64,000 nt of DNA from Octopus vulgaris. Lineage: Eukaryota. The notes beneath the pieces are model-generated. The model worked only from the letters and a program-made list of their open reading frames with translations, did no database searches and was not told the origin of the DNA. Location of the stretch: contig OX597826.1 in assembly GCA_951406725.2 (NCBI GenBank), forward strand, positions 19,344,001 through 19,408,000, given 5' to 3'. A program made the position numbers and the translations under genes. The first letter of the stretch is position 1, and the number at the start of each line of letters is the position of its first letter. Below, in pieces: positions 1 through 12,489 of the stretch.

Positions 1-116
1 AGCAACGTCAAATGAAGTGTCTTGCTTAAGAACACAACGCCTTGTCCGGTCCAGTAATCAAAACCAGCCTTACGATCATGTGTCCAATGCCCTAACCACT
101 AAATGACGCGTCTCCA
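1..116 (-). mobile_element. tRNA-derived SINE head, truncated by window edge
   Basis: Reverse complement reads GGAGACGCGTCATTTAGTGGTTAGGGCATTGGAC...GGTTTTGATTACTGGACCGG...GTTGTGTTCTTAAGCAAGACACTT, with degenerate A/B boxes; resembles the SINE head at 54786. Confidence 0.6.
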
Positions 117-340
117 CATACACGGATGTTCTGGTAAAAATAAAGATTCTTATGATGAAATATGCATGCTCTTCTCTTTCCTTTCTTTCTTCCGAGGGTA
201 AAAATAAGTAAATAAATAAAGAAAGAAAGAAACTTTCGGACTTAAAAACTAGAAAAAAAGTAATTCATCTTAAAACTAGAAAAGAAAAGTGATTCATCTA
301 TTTGTATGCCGATCTCTCTCACTTTCTCCCTCTCTTTCTA

Positions 341-380
<40 letters not shown>

Positions 381-1356
381 CCATAATAACGCATCCAGCA
401 AGCAACAAACACACAGATATCATTCATACACTTTCTCCCAGACAATGGTCCACATTAAAAGGAATAACGCCAAAGACAAAGGTTTCTGCAAAACTTTTCC
501 TGCTCGCTGTAATTCAATGTCAAAAATATCCAGTTGGTTGGGATTCGGTGTCAAGCATCAACAAACTAACTCTTTATATGCTTTACCGAAACAAAGCAAA
601 TTTCTAGTGAATAAATTTTCCCTTTGTGAAATTACGCTAAAATCACGTTGCTAGTTGATGTAGACATTTCACCATCTGTTTGCTTTCGTCTACGAAAGAG
701 AGCAAAGAGGAAAACTGGTTGCAAATGCAACAAATATGACGGTCAAAGAGAGATAATTAAATAAATATATAAAAAATAAATAAAATTGGGTTGCTGCATC
801 CAGCTGCTTGGGAAACATAAAACCGTTCGCCATGAAGCGTGAATAAAGTCTCAAGGCCAACCTGATGAAATAAAAGCTGGCTGGCTCCTTACTAGAAAAC
901 AACTGTTAAACAGCAGCTTTAGGTGATAGGGAAGAGAAGATTGAAAGAGACGGTGAAAGAGATAAAGAGGGAAAGAGGAAGAGGGGGAAAGAGGAAGAGA
1001 GGGAAAGAGGAAGAGAGGGAAAGGGGAGAGAGAACGAGAAATAGAAAGAGACACAGAGAGGCAAAGAGAGAAAGAGGTAGAGTTGTATAAGCAATATAAA
1101 CACACAGTGCATTCCATGTTCTGTCACATGCTCTCCAGTCTTTCATTAGAGTAACAGATTTCTGCAAAATGTTACTATATTGCAAATCTATCTCCCTTGT
1201 GTATAAACAAGGCCTTTCGGATTTATTGCGTGCCACACACACACGCACGCACACGCAGACGCACACACACACACACACATATACTTAAATACGCACTCAT
1301 ATTCATGTATGTATGTATATGTTTGTGCATCTCTGTGTGGGTATGTATGTATATAT

Positions 1357-1711
1357 AGCTGTCTGGTAAGAAGCTTGCTTCCCAACCACATGGTTCCAGA
1401 TTCAGTTCCACTGCGACGCACCTTGGGCAAAACCCTTCTACTATAGCCTCGGGCCGACCAAAGCCTTGTGAATGGATTTCGTAGACGGAAATTGAAAGAA
1501 GCCCATCGTATATATATGTATATATACATGTGTGTCTATGTCTGATGCTGGTGTGTTTACGCCTAAGTAGTTCAGCCAATGAGACCGATAGAATAAGTAC
1601 TAGGTTTACAAAGAATAAGTCCTGGGGTTGATTTCTTCGACTAAAACCTTTTAAGGCGGTGTTCAGGCATGACCGCAGTCAAATGACTAAAACACGTAAA
1701 TCAATAAAAGA
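1357..1711 (+). mobile_element. tRNA-derived SINE, family A (head, microsatellite, 3' module)
   Basis: Colinear with the copy at 51754-52136: GGTAAGAAGCTTGC...CCTTGGGCAA...GGGCCGACCAAAGCCTTGTG...GAAAGAAGCCC, then tail AAGGCGGTG...GCATGACCGCAGTCAAATGACT. Followed by (TATG)n. Confidence 0.85.
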
Positions 1712-1762
1712 ATGTATGTATGTATGTATGTATGTATGTATGTATGTATGTATGTATGTATG

Positions 1763-1796
<34 letters not shown>

Positions 1797-1802
1797 TGTA
1801 TG

Positions 1803-1836
<34 letters not shown>

Positions 1837-1856
1837 TGTATGTATGTATGTGTGTG

Positions 1857-1913
<57 letters not shown>

Positions 1914-2275
1914 TTATATAAATCAAAAGTGGAACAGAAAGAGCACAACATTGAGAAAAAAGCCAGCGGAAATCCAACAAAAGACATAGGGAAAGTTACA
2001 CAATAACATAACAAACGAAAACCTAGACAAAAACAAAATACACGAACCATTCGCAACCGATTTCCTTGTCAGTCAATGTCCGGAATGTCCTAGCAGTTTT
2101 GCGCTTTTTCACATTGAGACCGCTCGATTCCGGCAAGTGCCAGAGCATTAAGCTTCTGGAAAAAGCAAACGAATGCATACAAGAACGAAAACAAGAACAA
2201 GAAAGCTAAAAAAATACTTATACAATACAACGTGATGAAATAATACAAGTGCAACAGAAAAAGAATTGTACATAT

Positions 2276-2436
2276 AGGCGCAGGATTGGCTGTGTGGTAA
2301 GTACCTTGCGTACCAACCATATGGTTCCGGATTCAGTCCCACAGGTGGCGCCTTGGACAAGTATTTTCTTTAGCTTCGGACTGACTAAAGCCTTGTGAAT
2401 AGATTTGGCAGATGGAACCTGAAAGAAGCCCGACGT
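2276..2436 (+). mobile_element. SINE family A, 5' module
   Basis: GGCGCAGGATTGGCTGTGTGGTAAGTA...GGTTCCGGATTCAGTCCCAC matches the copy at 51754. Confidence 0.8.
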
Positions 2437-2469
2437 ATATAAATATAGTTATAAACACACACACACACA

Positions 2470-2520
<51 letters not shown>

Positions 2521-2618
2521 TACGGAGATGTACTTGCAAAGCAAGTGACCTGATCTGAGATCGTGCGCTGAAACAAAAACAATTGAGCGTGGAAGGTGTT
2601 CATTAGCCACGGGTTGTA

Positions 2619-2654
<36 letters not shown>

Positions 2655-2886
2655 TGTATGTATGTATGTATGTATATGTAAAAATGTTGAATTAGATTCG
2701 TCCTTTAATTTGGAGGTTGCTAAAAAAGATTTCTAATATAGATTCTTCATCTTTTGCTGGTAGCTTACTGGCATAAAATTGCGAATATGAAAGTAATACT
2801 TGTATATGGTGTGTTGTGAATTTATGGAAAGAAGTTCCACAAGACTCAACAATTTTGATAAAAATGGAGATGTTAAAATATATACA

Positions 2887-3360
2887 CGAGGGGCGTTCAA
2901 TAAGTAATGCCCCAGACCCACTTCCCATAGCAGTAGAGCAACGAAACTTGGCACAGTTGTTAGTCTTTTTCTACATAGAAACCACCCAGAGTTACGCATT
3001 TCTCCCATCGTTTGATGCAGCTCTGGAGGCCGTTTTTGTAGATCCCAGCTTGGTCCTCCAACCACGACCTGACTTCAGAAATCAAGGCTGCATCATCTGG
3101 GAAACGCTTTCCTTTCAAAAACAACTTTGGCTGGGAAGAGGTAAAAATCAGAGGGTGCAAGGTCAGGATAGTAGGGAATGGGGGAGTTCATAGCCGCACG
3201 CCTTTTTTGTCAATTTCCTCCCACGATAATGTGGGCAGAAACAGAATTTTCTCATACAACAAATTCCTCACTAAGTCCCTTAAAAAAACAAGTGCCTACC
3301 TTGCAGTCGCGCCTCTTCAACAGTTCTTCGATTCAAGACGGCCACCAACACACGTCTTGA
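2887..3360 (-). mobile_element. mariner remnant (transposase C-terminus and one TIR)
   Basis: ORF 2960-3160(-) reads KLFLKGKRFPDD...CIKRWEKCVTLGGFYVEK, a mariner C-terminus. Mariner-type TIR CGAGGGGCGTTCAATAAGTAATGC at 2887. Confidence 0.85.
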
Positions 3361-3694
3361 CAGTGTTCAGTCCGATAAGTAAATAACAAACATGCATGAA
3401 CTAAATAAAGTACAAAATAATAAATAAATAGTACATAATCAGTATATATAATTATATACTATTTATTTATTTCGTACTTTATTTAGTTCTAGGTAAATGT
3501 TTTATCGTATCTTTAATTCTTTTCTGTATGGTATGATTTAAGTATATCATTGTCGAATTGCTACATGGTGGTTCTTCTCTAATTTATATGCATCTATTAT
3601 ATATTGTGAAATTAGATTTAGTATTACTAAGGTGAATTTTTCCCTGTAAGTTTGGAATTATATTCCCTAATATTATTAGTAAGTAATATATATA

Positions 3695-3912
3695 TAGGGT
3701 GCGGCAGAAATAACTCCCACATTTGAAAGGTTGACAAAAGGGAAAAAAAAAAAAACATTTATGAAAAATTAATTTTACTGTTGTTTAAACAAATGGTTAC
3801 AGTTTTTGTTTATTAGTTAAATGAAAACATCATTGGCAATTGCATAATTGCATAAGTTCATTAGCAACATATAGGTGAAAGTTTAAAATGTGGGAGGTAT
3901 TTCTGCCGCACC

Positions 3913-3915
<3 letters not shown>
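3695..3915. mobile_element. Tc1/mariner-type MITE, ~220 bp
   Basis: ~30 bp TIRs TAGGGTGCGGCAGAAATAACTCCCACATTT / AAATGTGGGAGGTATTTCTGCCGCACCCTG, flanked by TA. Confidence 0.85.
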
Positions 3916-3969
<54 letters not shown>

Positions 3970-4701
3970 TGGAAATGGCAAGACAACAATATATATATAA
4001 TAAGAGTCTTTCGCCAATTTTCGCTATAAGTCCTTCATTCTTCTTTTGGATCGGATTTACCCAGAGTTCCAATATCAATTTTCGGCAGAAAATGTGTGAT
4101 ATGATAAAAAGCTTTTCCCTTCTAAACTATAAAAGAGATCACTCTCTCAACATTTATGGCTGGGACATACCAGTTGCGCCTTGACATCTTGAAGAGACAA
4201 TACATAGTGCAAAGCGTTTCATCGAGCAGAACTCAGGTAATTTGAACTCGTTTATTGAGTTACTTGCAATTTTGCATCCCCACACTGATGACTACTGCAA
4301 AATGCTGCAACGTGGCCAGTAAGCAGATCTGACTGTGAACGCAGTTTTCTCGATCTGTGGAGAATCAATGCATACCTGCTGAATTCTATCATGGACCAGA
4401 TAATTAATAGAGAACATGCCGAAAACTTTGATTGTTTCTCGCTGAAACGGCAAACAACAGAGTTACCTCTGAACATTTTTACGGCTATAACTCATAATAG
4501 AGATTACGAGCTTTCATAACTCAGTTTTAAATTATTACAATTTTGCAATTAAATTGAGAAATAATTTTGTTTATTACATAAAATATTCATGTTATGACTT
4601 ATACACAAAAATGTCAATCCATATTAATTTCTAACCACACTGCACCCAGAGTGGCAGCAAATACGATAAATACACATTAATAACGTAGTATTCTAGTAAA
4701 A

Positions 4702-4761
<60 letters not shown>

Positions 4762-4799
4762 CACCACCACCACCACCACCACCACAACTACCTCTTCTA

Positions 4800-5350
4800 C
4801 CTCTTCTTCTTCTTCTTCTTCTACTTTTGCGATTGTCCGTCGTCGGTCGACGTTGACTGTTTTTGTTTCGTAATCATCGCTGTTATGTTCACATGTGGGT
4901 TACAAGACTTGCGCTTGATCTGCAGCTGCGATGACATCAGCAGCAGGTGAAGTGGCGCCTCTCTTGTGCTCTTTCGTATTCTTTCTGCTGTTTCTCCTGA
5001 AGGATGGAATTACGAGAGTCAGCGATCAGTGCCATTCATCACGCCGCTTGGTCTTCTTTACCCAGGTGTCTGGATAGATGCAGTTCTTCATATGTCTCTC
5101 CAGCACATCCTTGTATTGCACCTAGTCACCACGGCTCCGCCCACTCTAAAGCACTTCCACATAGAAAACTATCCTTGGGTGCTGCTACTCTCTATTCTGC
5201 AAACATGTCCCGCCCAACGCAGCTGCAATGTGATAATGAGGGCTTCTACACTTACTGCACTAGCGCGGCGCAGGAAATCTACATTACGAATGCGATCTTG
5301 CCATCTGAAATGCAAGAGGGAGCACAGATGACAGAGTTGAACTTGCAATA
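4800..5350 (-). mobile_element. RTE-clade LINE 3' end
   Basis: Minus strand encodes LLHFRWQDRIRNVDFLRRASAVSVEALIITLQLRWAGHVCRI (RTE post-RT signature LRWAGHV) and ends in a (GAA)n tail. Confidence 0.85.
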
Positions 5351-5694
5351 ATGACTTTATTTGCCTGCGGTAGAGGAGTATGCATTCCGTGGCAGAGAGG
5401 AGGCTTTAAACAGTAGGTTCTAAGTTGTAGATATAACAAAAATTCGTATAAAGTAAGAAAATGGTGAAATGAAATTGGAAAATCGAAGAAGTCTGTTTCC
5501 TCCTCCTGATGCGGGAACTTGAAAGCCCCCAAAACACAGGTGTAATATGAGATAAATAGAAAAGTCATGGTTTCCAGATGTTGACTGTTAAAATTCTCAG
5601 AAACATGAAGTTCTCGTCCTTATGCCATCTTAATTCCTCTTTTAGGTATCTTAACAAGGATATTGAATCAGAGCACCGACACATGCGGTATTTC

Positions 5695-6134
5695 TGATTC
5701 CTTTTTCCAATTTATTTTTCAATATATATCTATTATAGTGAGTGTTTGTAGTACTGCAGAGAACGCAACAAAAATAAAGCGGATATACAAGTGCAGTAAT
5801 ACCTACTACACATACCTACTACCATCACAATCACCAATTTCATTAAAATTAAAAGAAGAAAAAAAGGAATGAAGCATATGAATCAATTCTAGAGAAAATT
5901 CCAAAGACTAAAATTAGCAGGATAATGGACAGAAGCCTCCAAAGCACATACGTACTGTATGGAAGTTAGCTGTAGATACGATCAAAGGAGAATACCTCTC
6001 GTTATACACACCAGTCGTTGTTAGAGGTTCATAAAATAGGCGATAATGCCTGCCAAAATACAAAAAGCTTGAATATATACAAACACTCACGATCCAAATA
6101 AATAAATTGAAAAATAAACTGGAAAACAGGAATA
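5695..6134. repeat. diverged inverted repeat, ~55 bp arms
   Basis: 5695-5750 TGATTCCTTTTTCCAATTTATTTTTCAAT...GTGAGTGTTTGTA is the approximate reverse complement of 6078-6134. Confidence 0.7.
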
Positions 6135-6233
6135 ATAAATAAACGAAGTTTGTTAGAGCGAAATAAAAAAGGGAACACATTAATTACGTTAATCATAATT
6201 AATGTGTGCATGCGTGCTTGTGTGTGTGTGTGT

Positions 6234-6287
<54 letters not shown>

Positions 6288-6557
6288 AAGCGAAGCGAAA
6301 GAGTTTTCGAAGGTATTTTAACAGAAACAACTTTCGTTTGCATGTTTACTTACGAACGCTCAATGCATATGTTCACAAATATTTACGCAGTATTATGGAT
6401 CTATGAATATTCATAACCGTACGACCTATGAAAAGGTTATGAAATGTACTCTCATTTTAAAATAAAATAAATGCAGAAAATATTTGGTAGGTTTTGTAAG
6501 GAAGAAGCCACAGATTTTGATTAGATAGAAGAAAATATCACTCATACATTGCGAGTA

Positions 6558-7389
6558 TGTGGTGGTATCAAAAATGTCCCGGACTAGTTCTGTAGCGCGC
6601 CAACAGATGGCAGCACATGGTTTCGTGCGCAGTGAGAGCTAGCAGTAACCTTCATGAGGCAATATGCCGAGTGACATCGCTGTCTTTACTTCGCAAGTTG
6701 TGTAATTTGTGTTTTTGTGATCACATGAATACTGTAGTTTGCGATTTTATTATGGTCAGGAACAACGAGCCAACGTGAAATTTGGCGTTAAACAATGTCT
6801 GCTACAGAAACATTGAGCATGCTTCGGCAAGCTTACGGCGACGAGGCAATGGGTGGAATGCAGTGTTTCTAGTGGTACGGAAGAAATGTCCCCGGAAGAT
6901 GATTAGCAATCTGGAAGACCTGCCACAAGCACCACCCCGGGAAATGTGGTATTGTGCACCGAGGACCAGACCATCAATCGAGAGTTCTACTGCGACATTT
7001 TGAAGCGTTTGAGGGAGGACATTCAGCGACAGCGACCGGATCTATGGAGTGCGAAGAATTGGATTCTTCATCGATATTTTCTTATTTCTCGTTAGTTTCT
7101 CGCCAAAAATAACATAGTATCACTTCCGCACCCGCCCTTTTCGCCAGATTTCCATTTCTTCTCCAAGATGAAAATGCAGCTTAAAGGTCGCCGTTTTAAC
7201 ACCATTTCGAGATCCAGAGCGAATCGCTGAAGGTCCCCGACTCGCTGACGGAAAACGAATTCCAGGCCGGATTCCCAAAGTGGCAGGAACGCTGGGACCG
7301 ATGTATTGCTGCTCTGGATGACTGTTTCGAAGGAGATGATGTTAAAACTTAGGTAAATAAGTTATTTTTTACTAAACATAACTAGTCCG
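6558..7389 (+). mobile_element. degraded, internally deleted mariner element
   Basis: Frameshifted fragments SATETLSMLRQAYGDEAM, TINREFYCDILKRLREDIQRQRPDLWSAKNWILH, LPHPPFSPD and KWQERWDRCIA. TIR remnants CCGGACTAGT (left) and ACTAGTCCG (right). Confidence 0.85.
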
Positions 7390-7739
7390 TTAGATAGATA
7401 ACGTATACATACGGTGAGTGGATACCTAGAAACAGAATAGACGCAGGGAAGTCGATTCAGTAGTTCTGAAGATGTTGCTTTGGTAAAGCAGTTCCTCGGC
7501 CTTATCTTTTATCTGTATACTATTGTACATGTAGGAATTTAGCTGGTTTTGAATTTCAAAATCTTATTTTTTATAATTCATAAATCGACACAGAAAAAGT
7601 AACAGTAGAGAGTTGTATGTACAGCATTACAGAATTTAGTTTCAGACCTCTAAAATATGAGTTCAAATTCCGCTGGTGTCATTATTGCAGGATCGATAAT
7701 ATTGGCTGTGATTCAGTCGATTATACAGAAGAATGATAA

Positions 7740-8260
7740 ATTGAAAACTTGATATCTTGATACGCCACAAACATTTCTGGCTCCTTTCTCTTGAAATATT
7801 GCGATAAAGATGATTTTGAAAAATCTTTGCTTTTTGTCCACCGCGTCAGTAGTCAACTTCCTGCTCTGAACCAAACATGTTCACTTGAATGTTAAAATTC
7901 GAAATGACTTTGATCCTCTTCAACACAAACGCTGTTTATATATTTTCTCAGTACTTTTAAGTAAGGCAATTCTGTCCAGTCGATGTCACTTTATCAGGTT
8001 TTCTTTTATCTGAACCAGTATACTGTATTCGTCAAGGAAAGGTCCTTCTCTTTCATACTTTCCTTTACATATTTTATATAACAGCGATACAGTGATCACA
8101 GTTATATCGAACATAATTTATTTTCAGAGCCCAAACCAGAAACCAGGATTTAACTCCAATTCTGTGGGCATGTAATATAGATACTTCACAACTCTCTTCC
8201 TCACTTTCAAAATATAAATGAAAGGCGTATTTAGAATACGCAGTCTCCAATGACATAAAA
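7740..8260 (-). mobile_element. very old LINE (RTE/CR1-like) endonuclease/RT remnant
   Basis: Minus-strand fragments RIALLKSTEKIY, WFRAGS (GFRAGRS-like) and NCDHCIAV (SDH-like endonuclease end); many frameshifts. Confidence 0.45.
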
Positions 8261-8799
8261 AGTGTGATTACTTAAGTCATGGATTTGTAGGTAAGAAGTT
8301 AATTTCGCAACAGTTTGGTTGTGGGTCTGATCCCTATGTGCAGCACCTTGGGCAAGTGTGTTCGGCTATAGCACAAGACTGACAATAATTGTGAGCAGAA
8401 ATGATTAAATGGAAACTATGCAGAAATCCAAGGCGTAAATGCACATACCCACGTACATGCATGCAATCACTCATACAAAACACACTTGTTATATAGACAC
8501 ACACACGCGCACACCCGCACATACACATACGCACACAGGATTTAAACGCGAGTTGCTATAAGTTTCATACCTTTGATAATATACTGTTCGGATGAGCTTG
8601 CATAGCGTGCCGTCTATTTTCAGACAATCATGCAGTCTCAAAATACACCCTGACTACTCTCTGAGAAAAAGGGAGAAAGGACAACAGGAAAAAGCGAATG
8701 AGAAAAAAAAGGAACGGGAAGAGAGAACTATGGAGGAAGAGTTGCGCCTCTTTAGTCAGTTAGAATGGGAATTAATACGGTTGGTGTAATTAATTCAAC

Positions 8800-9320
8800 G
8801 AAGAAAAGGTTAAGGTTTGTGGGACTGCATGCATAATCTGAAGAGGGTGGTGTTTTCCAGTTTAATAGAAACTTCTCCACACGCTTACATTCAGGGAAAA
8901 TCTCGGATCTGGAATTCTCTGTATCGACAGAGCTCTTAGATTTAAAACGGATATGAGGTCTTTCGGCTTTACAAAGCACCACTTGATGGTATATGGTGTA
9001 ATGTTGGCAGATCCCAGATATGGCAACCTAACTCAATGGTTTTCTTGTTATCTGCGTGTCAGAAAGAAGTCTAGTGGTTGTCTCTGTTTTTTTAAAGCCC
9101 CTTTTGCACATACCAAAATACCTTTTTCCAGTTTCGTTATTTGGTAAAACTGAGGGTATCTTAGCTTCGTAAACTACTGAGCTAACCATGCATGCCTGGT
9201 CGAGTGGGTAAGTGTTTGAGTTTCTACAGTTACATTTTAGAATAGGCGCCAGAAATTAGCTTTAAAAAAAGACTTGCCAACAACTAGTCTTCTTTCTGAC
9301 ACGTAGATAAGAAAACCACT
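8800..9320 (-). mobile_element. Penelope-like element, GIY-YIG remnant with inverted duplication
   Basis: Minus strand reads CNCRNSNTYPLDQACMVSSVVYEAKIP...KRYFGMCKRGFKK (CNCR..CPL..C..VVY..YIG pattern). 9037-9080 recurs inverted at 9278-9318. Confidence 0.8.
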
Positions 9321-10788
9321 CAGCCAGTCATGCCTTGAGCAACACTATGTTTCATCTAGAATGTTCGATAAAAAAGGTACCAAACACTCAATGACCGTTT
9401 ACATCTTTCACTACTGGGGGAAAATAAATGTGGCTTCTATGCTAAAGTTATAAATTAATAGAAATGATTATAAATGAGTCAACTAGTTTCACTTCATGAG
9501 GATATAATCATCTGTCGCTGAGTCCTTACTCTAACTAGTCAGATATACTTCATTAGTAAACACTTGAGAACATTGCTAATTGAGTACCAAACAATGATTT
9601 TGTGTATAGGAAAATAGGAAAGAACGACTTGCGTTGATAAGTATTTCAATTATAAGTGGCTAAATTGGTGCTTTTAATGTCTCTTCTGACAATAATAGAT
9701 GTCTCTGTATTTGCGTGTGTCTTTGTGTATGTTTAAAGATACATTAGTAGACGCATGTATACACCGACGCAAGTGCACACGCACACGCGCATTCATATAA
9801 ACACACACGCATGCGCGCTAGTACTTATATAGTCAGTTGAAGTAGCATAAGAGTATGTCTACATATTTAGCCATAATGGGTGAAAAAATGTCTCACGAAC
9901 TACTGGAAGTAACAGCTAAATATATTTCGAGGAATACCGTATCGTCTTAAAAGAGACAGACATGTTAGATAATGAAGTCTTAGAAATTCTAACATGAAGG
10001 GACAGTTACAGTTGGATTGCCTTTAACAATACGTCTCCTAGATCTAGGTTAACCTAGAAATAAACAACAATTTGTTGAGACATATCTAATATCCCTAACA
10101 AATCACCCAATGAACACACGCACATACATTTATATACGTATAAATGTATCTCTGTATGTGTGTGAGTGTGTTGATGAACATGTATGTATGTATGTATGTA
10201 TGTATAGTTCGAGAGTTCTGGAGTTGTGGGAAGCATGGGGTCACCCTTGAATTATTGTTATTACCAAGTCCGTTCTGACCGGGCACAATACTACCAATCA
10301 GGGTCCCATCTGTGGGTTAAATAGATTTCCCAGGGATAGAGAAGGCTTCTTTTATTTTCGTCAAAGCTGTGGGGGAGTCACCTTTTCTAGGAGAAAGATA
10401 TAAACTTGCAGTCAAAATAGTATAAGCCATTTTGCAATGCTTGTCACTGGAACCTACTATGGTAACCGAGCGAGTGGCAAAGGCGTCCTACAAAATTGCG
10501 CTTATGAAGTAAATTAGGACAATCAGGCTGAGTGTGAGACGGCTATCATCTGACACAATGGGGTAATCCTGATATGTATGTATGTGTACATATGTATATA
10601 CCTTTCCATCTATCTATTTACTTATCTCTATGTAGAGAGAGAGAGAGTGTGTGTGCGTGTGTGTGCGTAAGAGAGAAGGAGAGGGAAAGAGAGAGAGAGA
10701 GAGAAAGTGACCTCAATGTAAGTGTTGAAAAATAAATAAAATGGTATTTTGAGTATCATGATTATTTCATATATATATATATATATAT

Positions 10789-11373
10789 TACAAAATTAGA
10801 AAATGGAGAAACATACTTAAATCAATAAAACATCAACTATCAGATGATACCCAATCAATGTATATGGAAAAATAATTTTTTCACAATTATAACAAATTTA
10901 ATTCTCTGAAGAGGCCGTGGGGCATCCTTGTTAATGCCTCATTTATACCTGCCTTTACGGCTTATAGGTTAAATGAGGTATGACTGCCATTGCTGCCGAA
11001 ACAGCTGTCAGATATGATTTAATTACATATTATATTTGAAATTTTATACTTATATCTCTTTGTCTATTTACATTTACTGTATATTTTGTATAATGCCTTT
11101 ACTGATATGTAATGGTGTAATAAAGTATTGATTGGGTATCATCTGATAGTTGATGTTTTATTGATTTAAGTATGTTTCTCCATTTTCTAATTTTGTAGTA
11201 TTAATTTACGGTAATATTATTACCTTTACCCATATAATACAATAGATGAACTGATTGTTTGGCAATTTTTAACATCTATGTATTAGTCTTGTTGGGCACC
11301 TATCTAGCAGTATATTGGATATATGTTATCCCATGGTGGGTTGAATTTTCAACCCCTATCTCATTTTATAACC

Positions 11374-11375
<2 letters not shown>
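10789..11375 (+). mobile_element. (TA)n-flanked fold-back element containing an HHR motif (PLE pLTR-like)
   Basis: Perfect 71 bp inverted repeat 10789-10859 / 11127-11197, (TA)n on both sides, HHR motif in the spacer. Confidence 0.75.
10903..11012 (+). ncRNA. type I hammerhead ribozyme motif with extended stem II
   Basis: tct-CTGAAGA-ggc[long hairpin]gcc-GAAA-cagctg-TC-aga. All core positions are canonical, stem III is palindromic, stem I is only 3 bp. Confidence 0.7.
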
Positions 11376-11404
<29 letters not shown>

Positions 11405-11799
11405 AAAAATTATATATAAAAATTACAAAAGGGGACAAGAACGCAAACCACAAAAAGAGACGACACAAAAAAAACAGACGGGTCATTCGAAGCCTCTAAT
11501 CTTCAGTCGGGAACCGGATCATCTTAGCAATATCGGCTGATTAATATACATGTGTGTTAATAAATGAATGACGAAAGGACAGGATATACGTAATCATTTT
11601 CTTTAACTTTCAACTGGTTCTGCTCTAAGAAAACGGGCATCCTGAAATGAGCGCTGGTGCGACACTCTATAGCTTCCGCAGAGCTCACTTTATTGAAATG
11701 GCTGAGAAAGTTACAAAATATCGCACTGCACTCAGCTTTGGAGGAACGGCTCCTAATAGAAGATATCTAAGCTGACGAAAGTGATTATGCATTTCTCCT

Positions 11800-12360
11800 A
11801 AATACTAATTCTTATAAACCATGACGAGATTAGCCACAGAAATCTAACAGGATAAAAAGGAAATAAATAGCTAAAAAATAACAAAGTTGAACCTTTGGGG
11901 ATGGATGGATGGATCCAAAAATATTGATAGAGTCTAAAAATAAAATCAGAAAACAAATGAAAACACATCTGAACATATATTATGATATAGGATCGTAACA
12001 TCAATGTCATAAAACATAAAAATATAAGGGAAAGAATATATTCACAGACCACAGAGGAGGAGTAAATAATTACAATTGAAAATGCCTATTCATCTTGATA
12101 TTAATTACTATTGGAACAAATTGATATACATCTAGAACCTGGATCAACGTGAGACTGAACTTGAATTATTAAGGAAAGAAAGTTGCTCCATAATTTATAC
12201 TTTAATCAGCATAAGAGGGCCATCAAAAAATATTTTTTTTAAACAACCTTTCAACCATAGAGGTGGCTGGTAAAAATATGAATACAAAATACAGAATTCA
12301 TGGATGTGTGATAAATGTATTATAATAGCTCACCGATCAAAGATGTAGTAGAAGCAAAAA
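11800..12360 (+). mobile_element. possible decayed Penelope-like ORF fragment
   Basis: Broken frames give DPKILIESKNKIRKQMKTHLNI and a YDIGS..SMS segment reminiscent of YIGST; weak. Confidence 0.3.
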
Positions 12361-12489
12361 TAAAATAAATGGATATTATTCATTCTTATGTTATAGGTTT
12401 TGTTATCACCGAAAAGAACAATTCTGGTTGAAACTACTTTACCACAGACCACACTCCAATGTTACGTTAAAATTATTAGGGTGTAATTT

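Noticed and set aside
380-920. Unique sequence with Sox-like ACAA(T/A)G sites as an enhancer
   Set aside because: Short motifs are common in AT-rich DNA; conservation or chromatin data would be needed.
5505-5545. Degenerate HHR CTGATGC-ggg..ccc-AAAA-cacaggtg-TA
   Set aside because: Two core positions are non-canonical and stem I is poor; at best a fossil.
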